NCBI GenBank assembly: GCA_020891255.1
Contig: BQFW01000015.1
Span: 2,542,001-2,606,000 of the forward strand
Length of the DNA: 64,000 bases
Source of the DNA: Entomortierella parvispora E1425
Lineage: Eukaryota; Fungi; Mortierellomycota
Direction: 5' to 3'
The notes under the pieces were generated by a model. That model searched no databases and was not told where the DNA came from. It saw only the letters and a program-made list of their open reading frames with translations. A program made the position numbers and the translations under genes. Shown piece by piece: positions 1 to 11,442 of the stretch. Positions within the stretch are counted from its first letter, which is position 1; each line of letters opens with the position of its first letter.

Positions 1-2
1 CT

Positions 3-422
<420 letters not shown>

Positions 423-1558
423 ATTCAAGAATTCAAGGATACCTTTGAAGTGATGACTGGTAGAGAGATATCGACGTGTGTTTATAGTTTCCCCCCAATG
501 ATGAATGTGAAATGATCCAGCCTTGACGGTTGACGACATTCCTGTAGAAAAGTTTCTCGAAAACCCTCATGTTTTGTTCCAAATATTACGGGACTTTGCT
601 CCCCATTAAATGACAAAAAAAACATATGACGATGGACAGGAGGTGATTTGTGATTAATTCAAAATCAGCAGGGCGGGTGTGTGCATGGGCTTGTTCTTGC
701 ACGCCCGTGCTCCACCTGCGGTTTTACCTCGTGTGTAACCCACCTGTTTACGTCCAAGGGCGATCAGTGATCGAGAGGAGTTGAAGTCGATGTTTCCTTC
801 TTTTTTTTTTAACGTCCTGTGGCCTCCTCATCCTCTTGTTCTTCTTACGGATCGCGGATGTTGTTTCAACGCAAAGAACAACGGACAAAGGACAAAGAGC
901 TGATTACTGGTTCGCCGTAGAAAGACGTAACCTCAAAAACAGGGCTGAGAGGTGGCAACATGGGAATTAAGCATCCAGAGAAGGAAGAAAAGAAAAGTAG
1001 GAGGGATGTAAGCAGTAACACCGTTGGAATCCACCAGCAGTAAAAAAGGAAGGGAAGAAAAAAAGGGCGCACAAGCAGACCTGTTCTTCCTTCCTAACTT
1101 CTTCTCTACTTGAGCTTTTGTTCTGTTTGTTGACCATGGATCGACAAACTTCCGTGCGTCGGGAGCAGGACAAAGAAAATAAAGGAGAGAACGTGAATAA
1201 ATCCACCATAGGCCCAAGGGTGATGGACAGCTTTGTTGTTTTCGGGCCAAATCACCCCATCTCTTATCATTTTCCCTCCTTGCACATCTTTTTGGCTCTC
1301 TCTTTTGATGGTCGTTTACACCAATTCCCTTTCTTTCTCCACAACATACGGTCCTCCACCCATCTATCCCACTATCTCTCCTTCTCTCCTACTTCCGATC
1401 GTCCCACAGACTCCAGCTGCACCTTTTCTAAAACACTTTCTCATTCATCATTCAACGTGGACCTGAACAGAGCAATCGACTCGACTTTGAACTAGCCCAA
1501 TCTGTCGTCTTCTCATTCGCCACCTTCTGTTACTAGCCCTCACTTATCCAATTCGAGA

Positions 1559-3822
1559 ATGCAGGGTCGCGTCAAGATCGCTCCTCAGGAGTCGCAGCTC
1601 TCAGAGTTGGATCTTGCAAACTACGAGGAGAAGCAAGACTACCAACATACTATTGTTCCTCTCAAACGGACTGAGGTCTGGGCATGGGTAAGAAAAAAAA
1701 AAAAAGACCTGTAGGGTCTCTACAACTGCGATCGTTGCATCGCTGAGCTCTCAGCTCGACCAGCAAGACTTCCTTCTTCGTCTTCGAGAACTAAAATCTG
1801 GCTCTTCTATTCCTATTCTTCCCAACTCGTTGACCCCTCTTTAGTACATTCAAAACGCGACGTAAGTCCGAAGGGTTATACTTGAGCAGTTTTTTTTTTT
1901 TAGCCCCTGCACGTTCCTGATACCATTCTTTTTGTTTGGTACACAGCTACTGCGGCTATGGATGGCTCGCAGCACCCTTGATGGTTCCTCTATTGATTCA
2001 AGACATGGCCTCCAAGGCCGGTGTGGAAGTCTCGAACCACGCCATTCCTTGTAACACAAGTGTCCCCAATTTCAAGTGCGTGACACCCATCCTGGGCCGA
2101 TACTTTTTGGACCCTGGTGCCATCTCTCTCTACATTTCTTCGCTCTCGTCCGTTCTGTCGTTTTTCATGTCGCTGTCCATTGCTGCTGTTGCAGATCACG
2201 GCTGTAAGTAAAAAATTTCATATCTGAAATCGTGTCTACTGAAGAAGAAGAATGGAGAGATCATGTCGCACCAGAGAGCGGGTAATCAAGGAGGCGCGCT
2301 GGGTTTGGCTGGCTAGTTGGCACTGCCTGCAAGGTGTCGTCTGGCCGCCTGCATCTCCACCCCTCCTCCTTCTTTTCCTCTTCTGCCCTTGAATGGGCCC
2401 CCTCCTTCTCCATCTCTTTACTTCCATTTTGAGACGCTCGGTCGGGCACATGTCGCACTTTTTCCTTTACTTATTCCTTTTTTCCTTTTTTTTTCCCTCC
2501 TGGTTCAGCGTATAGGAAATCCCTTTTGATTGTCTTTTCCATCCTAGGTTGCATCAACACGCTCTTGTTCTTTATCATCCAATCGCCTAAACTTTTTTGG
2601 GTGGGTGCGATCTTGTCACCGCTGGGTTGGGTTTTTTACAACATTTGTAGCGTATTCTCTCACTCGTATCTGCCCGTGTACGGACGCGTACATCCAGATG
2701 TCTTGGAGGCAGAGGCCCGAGGAGACAGCGAGGAGGTCATTCGGAAGGTAGAGGAGCAGGCCGTGAATGATTTATCGTCGTATGCGTCCGCGATCGCCAA
2801 TATTGGCTCCATCTTGATCCATGGCGCCTGTATCTGGATCTCGTTGGGCATGAAAGAGAGCTCATTGAGTCTAGAGATCGCGACAGCCGTCACGGGTGTT
2901 TGGTGGCTGATGTGGATGCTGATCGTCGCCCCATGGTTGGATGCCCGCCCAGGTCCTCCAATGCCCAAAGAAAAGAACTGGATCGTGTATAGCTGGAAGA
3001 AGAGTAAGATTATTTTCTGGTGGCTCATTTTGACACTGTCGCGTCAATACGCGTGCTGCTGCTTCTCTTCCTTTTGCTTACGTTGACCATGTCTGCCTTC
3101 AAATAGCCTACAACACGTTGTTGTCGTTCAAGACACTTCCCGAGATCTTCAAGTTTATGGTCGCATGGTTTATCCTGTCGGATGGCATCGGCACAGTCCT
3201 TGCCATCATCATGGTGATTCTTTACCGCGAGCTCGGGTTTACTCACGTCCAGTCGCTTTTGGTCTCTGTCGTCATCTCGGTTATGGCCTGTATCGGCGCG
3301 TACTTGTTTATGTACATCAGACGCTACTTTCAATGGACGACAAAGGTCATGATCGTCCTGACACTTTCCTTTTACGCGATTCTGGTCTCCTATCTCGTCT
3401 TGGCGCCGTATTTCACAAAGTCCTTTGGTCTCCGGCACCCCTGGGAAGGTTGGTTCTGTACAGTCTATATTGGCATTATCATCTCGACTTTTTATAGCTC
3501 CTGTCGAGTCATGTTGTCTGAATTGTGCCCTGAAGGTGATGAGAACGAGTGGTTTTCGTTGTATTTGTTGGCGGACAAGGGGTCCTCTTGGATGGGACCT
3601 TTTATCACAGGCGCCATCTTTACGGCGAACGGAGATTACAGGGCCGCATTCTGGTTCCCTTTGGGCCTAATTGTCATCGGCGTGATCATATTGGCCAATG
3701 TGGACATGAAACAGGGCAAGGATCAAGCGCAGGCCTTTGCGAGGGCGAAAAGGGAGCGGTTGCTTTTGGAGTCTTCGTCCAAAATGAAAGAGCTCTCTTC
3801 TCATACTCACCGAAATTCGTAG
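1559..3822 (+). CDS. ATG22: ATG22-like vacuolar amino-acid efflux MFS transporter, copy A (5 exons: 1559-1687, 1845-1861, 1947-2203, 2509-3003, 3107-3822)
   Basis: Motifs EVWAWY, LSDGIGT, ELCPEGDENEWFSLYLLADKGSSWMGP typical of Atg22/UMF1; GT..AG introns join in frame. Confidence 0.9.
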
Positions 3823-4085
3823 ACACCTATTCACCCATACTCCCACGCCACATTATATATACCATATGTAGCTATGACTTATCTAGACGTAACTACCTCG
3901 TCTGAACTTCATGTCTTCCTTTCAACTTTTTCAAATGAAGCACCATTGGCGCGCTCAGCCACCAATTTTTTCGTGACTGTTCAAATTTATTTTTGCCCCG
4001 GCCGAGAAGAGAAAAAAAAAAATCAAAGGTGCCTTTTAACTTCTATTCTCTTCCCACTCAACCATCCAGGGGAAGCCGATACGCC

Positions 4086-5611
4086 ATGACAACATCTTCC
4101 ATCCTCCCAGCAGGGTCCTTGCTGCGTCTCAAGAGCCTCGAGGACAGCATTGCGTACAAGTATTCTCAGGACCGGATCGACCAAGGACTGGATCAGGAGG
4201 GCAACGATATCGAGGACCCCTCCATGAGTCAATACGCTCTGGATGAGCAGGATCACAAGGCCAACTTCCAGTGGCTTCTCAAGCTCCTCTCTAAACTCGA
4301 AGAGACTGCTCCTGAAGAAGAAGAAGAAGAGGAACAGGACGAGAACGGGAACAGCGTGGCCGTCAAGGAAGAGACGGCGGAGGAGAAGGCTTATCGACTT
4401 GAACACGAGCTGTTGACAGAAAGAGTCTCGTCTTGCATGGCCCATTTCTGTGGACGGGCCGCAGCAGGGGCCATGACCAGGACTTGGACATTCAAAACGC
4501 AACCGCCCAAATCCTTGCAGATCCATGATCCCAGTTTTACCGCAGGCGATGTGGGCTTCAAGACTTTTGGTTCTGCTTATCTGCTGTCAAAGTAAGAGTC
4601 CTTCTTCTCTTTCGCCGCCCTTCTTTTCTTATTATTGTGCTTTTGACAGATATGGACTGCGAGTTGGCCCCATTATGGAAAACAAAAGGACGATTGACAC
4701 CAGGGGACATGATCAAACAACTTCACCAACGGACACAGGGCACAATTCGAAGAAAATTTTGTTGACTCCTTCGATCACCTTCCATTTTTAGACACATTGC
4801 CCATGGCGATATACCCCAACTCGAACCATTTACTTCTGCCACAACTACCGCTGCCACCAACTCGGGGCTGCCTTTGCCAAGGATTCTTGAACTCGGGAGC
4901 GGAACTGGTCTGACTGGATTCACCGCCGCCCTTTACTCGAACCCACAAGGACCCAAGGTCGTCCTTTCCGATTACCACCCCAATGTCCTCTCGACGTTGA
5001 AATACACTCGTGAACTCAACCACCTGGAGGACCGATGCGATATCCAACTCTTGGACTGGCGCGATGCTCTTCGTCGGCGGAAATTGCGCTGGAATGCTTG
5101 GCAGAGTGATCAACCAGAGTCATCGTCCTCGCAAATGGAGGATGCCAAGGATAAAAAAAAGGAGAGATCAACCGAATATGACAATGTCGATCCAACCTCT
5201 CAACCTGCCGACGCCGCCCAGACCAACCCTGAACAGGACTCTATTGAAGAAACCCCAGAGCAGGACCGCTATGACCTGATCTTGGGAGCGGAAGTCGTGT
5301 ACGATCATGGACATGCCGAGCTCGTCGCCCATGTTGTGGACGAGTACCTGAAAAAGGATCTTATCAAACCTGTCCATTCCAGTGACGACTCTTCATCTGT
5401 CTCCTCGCTGCCTTTGAGTCGCCGGAGGCCCGCTTTCCACATCATGTTCCCGATCCGAAAGACTCATACGGACGTGATTGCGGATTTCGACTTTTGGATG
5501 GAAAAGATGGGCTTGGTTGACTGCCGTGAAGCCAAGGAATGGGGCAGAGAAGATGGAGAGACAAAGTTCATGTACCATTGGCGCGAATATGTCCGGAAAG
5601 AGCACCTCTAG
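4086..5611 (+). CDS. EFM2: SAM-dependent protein-lysine methyltransferase, Methyltransf_16 (EFM2/Rrg1-like); exons 4086-4591, 4792-5611
   Basis: DVGFKTFGSAYLL, motif I ILELGSGTGLTG, post-I VVLSDYHP, LDW, DLILGAEVVYD. Confidence 0.75.
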
Positions 5612-5797
5612 AGGAAAAAGAACAATATACACAGATCTCTCATCCCCATTAAAAAAGCATACCCCCCTCCCCCAATCTACATTCATAGCGTACAAATACA
5701 AGTTTATTATCAGTGGAGTTGGGCAAACTGCCCATGTCTATGAAACAAAGCAAAAGGGGGAATAAGCGACCTCGAGGACGGAAGGAGCTGTCCCAGT

Positions 5798-7584
5798 CTA
5801 TGCCACCAATACTGGTGAAGAGGCATCCGCAGTAGAGTTTGCCGCTGAAAAGACCCTGGCGGCCTGTTGTTTTTGCAGTTGTTGTTTTCCCGCCAGCAGG
5901 GGTGATGGCGCCGGACTGTTCTCTGTAGAATCCGCAGCGGCCACTCCAGGCAAGGGTCGACTATCTTCCACAAAGACAACTTCACGATGCTGTTGATCCC
6001 GAGCGCCATCATCCCGTCCCTCGCCCTTGACCACTGCCACGGCCGTTTGCTCCTGTGCTCTTGCTGTTGGCGCGGGGTTATGAAACTCATCCACGATGGG
6101 GTACATGAGCACATTCAACTTGGATGTGATCACCACCAAGGTATTAGTGGGGATTGTCAGCCAGTCTGCCTTCTCGAACGTTAATGGTTCTGATGCAATC
6201 ACAACAATATCTTCTCGCTTATCGGCCTTGATCATCTTGTAATGGCCTGGCTTGAACGATTCGAATCGTGTTCCGGATGAAAAGTACAAGCTCGCAGCCT
6301 CCAGGGTCTTTGAGCTGATATACCGTGAGCAGACTACACTCACACCGTCCGTTACTGCGAAATTCATCATGGAAGCCTCAGTGATTCCAGCCTCCTTTCC
6401 CCAGGCGTTCAATTTGGCGATGGTCTTGAGCATGGCTTCCTTGAGGACACTATGGCAAAAGGGTTGAGCCTGTCGAGGGGTCTTTAGCTGGCTGAGAAAG
6501 ACTGCAAACGCCCATTCCGAGTCTGTGTTTCCGTTGACGGTCAAAAAGATTTCATCTGTCAGGGACTCTTGCACCTTGCGTTTGATCTGTTTGAACGAGT
6601 CGCAGTGTTAGCAGCGGTTCACTCAATAATGGCGCCATTTAGCCTGATATCTTTTTTTGTCTCCATATTTACCAAGTGGAAATCGGCAATGTTGCCGTTG
6701 TGCATAAACATTAATCTTCCGAATTGCCATGGGTGACCTATAAATATTGCAATGACAAGTTAGCTCCAAAGTTTGGCGTAGTAACATAGAGTTTCGTTGC
6801 TTTGACTCAACTTACAGTTGCTCTCGGACACAGATCCTGCCGTTGAGGCACGGACATGAGCAAACACCAGGGGACTCTTGATCTTGTCAGCGAGTCGAAT
6901 CAAGTTCATGTTGTTCCACGCGGGTGTCACTGAGGTAAAGATGCAGGGTGCAGCTCCAAGCTCAGGATCGGGTTCTGACTCATACCAGCCTGCAGGGGAA
7001 ACGGAATTAGGTGGGTTAGAGTCAAGATTCTGCAGCAGCGAAAAAAGTCGTCCGAGGAAACGTTTTCTATTCCTGCTGAACCAGACGTTAAAATAAGGGC
7101 GGTCTGCAGCCCCAGCTCCTGCGATTCGGTACCCTCGCCAAAGAAGATGATCCAACCCAGAATAAAGCAAACATTGATCCATGCTCTGCTTTCACGGAAA
7201 GATATCCTTCTGCCTGCTTTCGTTTGCATGCTTACGTACCGACACCAAATCCATCGCCTAAGCAATACAAAAGAGTGAGGATGAGGTTGGTTAGTCGAAT
7301 CAAGGTGCATTGAGGGTACAATCGAGACGTCAAGGATCAAACAAAAAGTAGCGCATACCATTGATAGGTCGCCTTGTGTCGAGTCGTAGCCTCGAGTCAA
7401 ATGACTGGTTGATGATGGAGTGGGCTGGCTTTGTTAACAGCTACAGAGATTGAACATAAGAGCGAGAGAAGGTGAGTTCAGGGTCTTGCATTCAAAAAGA
7501 GAAGAGAAAGAATGCTCCGGTGATTAGACGTACATGGGCCAGCTGAATGGGCTGGTTGCCCTTGTAGAGAAGCATGCGGCACAT
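5798..7584 (-). CDS. DUG3: Class II glutamine amidotransferase DUG3 (glutathione degradation); exons 7584-7534, 7440-7359, 7257-7240, 6989-6816, 6737-6673, 6586-5798
   Basis: N-terminal MCR with catalytic Cys2, NGDGFGVGWY, FAHVRAST, NCHPW, FMHNG, GNTDSEWAF; all junctions GT..AG and in frame. Confidence 0.92.
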
Positions 7585-7974
7585 TGGCGGGGTATTGAAC
7601 CGACGGGCGTGTAAGTAGTCCAGGTTGGCGGTTGTTGTGCGCGAGGGCAGGTCGCGAATGAGCGGGATGAATTAGGGGAGGGGAGGAGTAAAGAGGAAGG
7701 AAGGAAGAAAGGAAGGAAGGAAGGAAGGGGCGAAGGTGTGGAGAGAAGACAAGAAGACACAGGAGGAGAAAGAGCCACGATGACTGCTGTCTCCGATTCA
7801 GTTGCGATGGTGGAGTAAAGTAGTCCTGGTTATCTATCACTAGTGATTTGTCTAGACTAATTTAGTCGCACAAAGATAGTAGCCTTTCTGCACACCTCTC
7901 CCCATGTGCTCAGTCCCCCTTCCTTCCTTCCTTCCTTCCCTCCCTCCTTCCCACCACACACGACCTCCCACAGG

Positions 7975-8010
7975 GCTCTCTCTCTCTCACTCTCTCTCTC
8001 TCACTCTCTT
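7975..8010 (+). repeat. (CT)n microsatellite in DUG3/SerA-like divergent intergenic region
   Basis: ctctctctctctcactctctctctctcactctc seen directly. Confidence 0.85.
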
Positions 8011-8148
8011 CGCCCAGGCACAGACAACAAAAATTTCTTTTTTTTTCCCCCATCACTTTTTCTTCTTTCACCTCACTTCACTTTCATCCATCCGTCCATT
8101 CCACCTTCGCATCCATCCACCCTTGATCATCCTTGCATCTTTCTTGTT

Positions 8149-8190
8149 CTTGCTGTCCTTGCTGTCCTTGCTGTCCTTGCTGTCCTTGCT
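8149..8190 (+). repeat. 9-bp tandem repeat (CTTGCTGTC) x4+
   Basis: cttgctgtccttgctgtccttgctgtccttgctgtccttgctc seen directly. Confidence 0.9.
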
Positions 8191-8294
8191 CCTGTCTTTC
8201 TATACCCCTTTGCGTCTACGCTTCCGCAAAAACTCATACCCGTCTCCGCCACTGCTTCCCCGTTCAGCGAAACCCCACCAACCCCTTTTTGAAA

Positions 8295-9763
8295 ATGCCC
8301 TCGGTCGACCTTCGCCCCACCATGCTCATCCTCGATGACCTGCCCCAGTCCTGCAAGGACATCCTCTCGGAGGGCGGCATCCAGCTCGAGTTTCTCGATG
8401 CCCACAAGGCATCCTATGCCGAGATTCAGCTCCGCATGTCCTACTGCAACCTCATTGCCATCCGCACTCGCAAGACAGCCGAGATTATCTCGTACCTGCT
8501 CAGCTACTGGCCCACCTCCCGCCTGCACGCTATCGCCTGCTTCGAGGCGGGCGTTGCCTCGGCCCTGACCATCAAACATGTAAAGAATATACCTCATCCC
8601 TTTCCACCTTCCTTCCAGCTCTTCTCTCTCTACTTCCTGTCACTCTCTGCCTTATCTCTTTCCACAACCAATCTCTTCCTTTCCTTTTTTCCCTCTCATA
8701 CTCCGCCTGACTCTCCCCATTGGACCCTGAATAGCCCTTTCAGCCGTGCTCACAGACAAGACTACTAACATCTTTTGCAATCCCATCAAAAAAACAATAG
8801 ATCCCTATCTTGGCCCTTGATTCAACCCCTTCACCCTACGCCGTCAGCGAGCTCTGCCTCTCCTTGACCATCATCCTCTCGCGCCAGCTCCTGACCCGCA
8901 GTCGTCAGGCCCATGGCGGAGTCTGGAACAAGGACCACACTCATTGCCACGAGGTCCGCAACAAGACCCTGGGATTGCTAGGCGTGGAGTCCAACCAGGT
9001 CTGTGGCCACCAGACCGGCATCCTTGCCCAGGCCATGGGCATGCGTGTGGTTGCCCACACGCCTCGACTGCACATGATGACCCATGGTCGCACTACTAAT
9101 GTCAAGGACCTGACCACGGTCTCGCAACAGGCTGATTTCATGGTCATTTTGGACGACCAGGATCTGCTCGAGAACCCTGCTTCAGTTCAGGTCCGTCGCT
9201 CCCTCGAGGGCCAGATCTTGATCCACGCCAGTGTTGGTGACGATGATGGGCAGCGGACCAAAAAGTTCCTGTCCTGGTTGGAGAAGGCGGTCGAGCCCAA
9301 GGACGAGAAGGACTTGCCGATTCGATTGGGAGGTGTGGCAATTGTGGTGCCGACCAGCGATTTTGATGAGGAACAAACTGTCCTGTCGCCCTCAGGAGCT
9401 GGAGTCACACAGGAGGAGGCCCTGGCCGAAGAAATGTATGATGAAGGATACTCGACGGAGGATTACGCCTGCTTCAAAACTGGCCGATATGGCCGGGCCT
9501 CGACCGCTGTCCAGAAGAGACGTCTGGCTTGGCGAGACCAATTGAGGCGTCTGGGTGTGGAGAATGTAGTGTTGGTACCTCAACATTCCTTGGGAACCAT
9601 GGAGTCGTATCTTGTCAATGCTCAAAAGTTTGCGCACAAGATCACTTCCCTGAGCAAGGAGGTCATGCAGGCCCAGAAGGGCGCCTTTGTGGATCCGACT
9701 GTTCCTCATTACCACTTGCAGCGACAACAGCAGGATGTCCGCCTGTCTGGCATGGCGTATTAG
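8295..9763 (+). CDS. D-3-phosphoglycerate dehydrogenase (SerA/Ser3)-like protein with degenerate active site, about 415 aa; exons 8295-8579, 8801-9763
   Basis: Colinear with SerA: IAIRTR, AIACF, AVSEL, AHGGVWNK, HEVRNKTLGLLG, GILAQAMGMRV, NVVLVPQH; intron 8580-8800 with tactaac branch site. Confidence 0.8.
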
Positions 9764-9875
9764 ATTAGAACTAGATTTGTCTTGTCAAAATACATCTTGG
9801 GAGACATGCACGACCGTCTTTTAACCGAGCGGTAGTCCTGCCTCAATGCCAAGGGTATAATAGCAGTATTTATTT

Positions 9876-11210
9876 CTATTCTTTTTCTTTTTCATGGGCA
9901 TGCCATAAGTACTTGGATCGGATCTGGGCTGGTGTCCTGGTGCCCACCAGGTTTGCGAGTTTTTTCCAATCCTGCCCGTATTGAACTACGCCCCGTTGGA
10001 AAAGTTCATTTTCTCTGGAGGTCCACATGCCTTTGGCATGGCTTACATTATACAATGCGAAACGGCGTCTGCACTGCTCGTGATCTTTAGTCCCCACCTC
10101 CAAAGCAACACGCTTCCAGTTTACTACTCTCAGGTTCTTCAAATGACTTTTTGATGGCTCGGTGACTTGCTCATGTTTTTCCATATCTTTCAAGGATGAA
10201 TGCTCCTTTTCGCCATGGCCGCTATTTGCACGTGTAGGCTGTGGATCAAAGGTAAGTCCAGTTTGAGAAGAAACCGCCTTTAACAACAGTTCATTCTCCT
10301 CTAGGGTCCATTGTCTTTTTGAGACAAAATGACTCGATTGGATCTGCTCCAGCCTGAGGATTGCTTTTGACAAGTTTCGACTTGGATCCAAACCCGCTCT
10401 CGCCTCAGGATCGCTGAGGAGTCGACTCAACTCCCGTCTCCATCGATCCGGCTGGGTCTTCATCGCCCGTTGGACTAGCTTTTTCAAGACGACATCCTCT
10501 GCCTCTGTCCAGAGTAGACGAGGCTCCTGCATCGGAATCCATGGTAAAGGGTGGTAGAAGGCAGCGGTGGCAACGGAGGGAGCGTTATTGCTATTGATAT
10601 AAACTTGCTCATCTTTAGAATGACTCTGGTCGTCGTCTCGATCCCGTTCAATCATTTCATTGCCCTCTTCAGAAGCATCCAGGCTCTTGGATGATAACGA
10701 GTTATTGGGACGCCACCTTGCCAACATGTTTTCGATGGCACTCTCTGTCCGATCGGGAAAAACGCGTAGGAGCTCGTGTGTTTTTTGGCCGGACGCGACC
10801 AGACTCAGGAGCTTTTCAATCTCATCGGGAGACCACCTCTTCCTCCTTTTCACGGAATCACCTTTCAACAAGCGGATTCTGTACGTGAGAGATCTGAGAG
10901 AGACGCCTGGGAACAGATGGAGAATTTGTCGAGGATAAGGGTCTTTGCCGTCACTGTAGAGATAGGCCAGGCGGTCTTGTTCATCCTTGGTCAAGTACCG
11001 AGTTTTGCTTTTCTGAGTGGGGCAATGGTCGTGAGGCGTGGTCGCCGAAAGTTGCTGTTGGGTGGACGCTTTCCCAGTTTCCTTGCTCAATGCATGGGCT
11101 TCATTCGCGCTCGTAATCGCAAAGAATCGTCGGGGTAATGGTAAAAAAGAGCGAATGCCGCCACAGATGCATCGTGCTGAGAACGCAACCAGCATGGAAC
11201 TTCCCTTCAT
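9876..11210 (-). CDS. Intronless multi-repeat Myb/SANT protein (dispersed copy 0) with presequence-like N-terminus
   Basis: Repeats LTKDEQDRL..FPGVS, WSPDEIEKL..FPDRT, WTEAEDVVL, WTLEENELL..NWKRVALEVGTKDHEQCRRRF, WTSRENELF..YGQDWKKLANLVGTRTPAQIRSKY. Confidence 0.85.
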   Translation of the reverse strand: MKGSSMLVAFSARCICGGIRSFLPLPRRFFAITSANEAHALSKETGKASTQQQLSATTPHDHCPTQKSKTRYLTKDEQDRLAYLYSDGKDPYPRQILHLFPGVSLRSLTYRIRLLKGDSVKRRKRWSPDEIEKLLSLVASGQKTHELLRVFPDRTESAIENMLARWRPNNSLSSKSLDASEEGNEMIERDRDDDQSHSKDEQVYINSNNAPSVATAAFYHPLPWIPMQEPRLLWTEAEDVVLKKLVQRAMKTQPDRWRRELSRLLSDPEARAGLDPSRNLSKAILRLEQIQSSHFVSKRQWTLEENELLLKAVSSQTGLTFDPQPTRANSGHGEKEHSSLKDMEKHEQVTEPSKSHLKNLRVVNWKRVALEVGTKDHEQCRRRFALYNVSHAKGMWTSRENELFQRGVVQYGQDWKKLANLVGTRTPAQIRSKYLWHAHEKEKE

Positions 11211-11442
11211 GTTGCGAACTGTATCCTGAGCGTTGTCGGGAATCTGTCAACCGAGACGAATGCGCGAATGGAGAAGAGATCTGATCAGGTTTGAACGAAT
11301 GCAAGAATGAAAACAATAAGGTTGCACAGAAGTTCAAAAGGCAATAAATTTGGTGGCTGCAAAGCGTATTGACACAGACGCGAACTGCGCCCACCAAAGA
11401 CCAGTTTGTCAAAGAACTGGATAAAGGAACCACTCTTTTTTT

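Noticed and set aside
665-720. Imperfect hairpin downstream of ADK1 and short palindromes in ATG22-A intron 1 (about 1705-1760)
   Set aside because: Short, mismatched and single-copy; consistent with chance.
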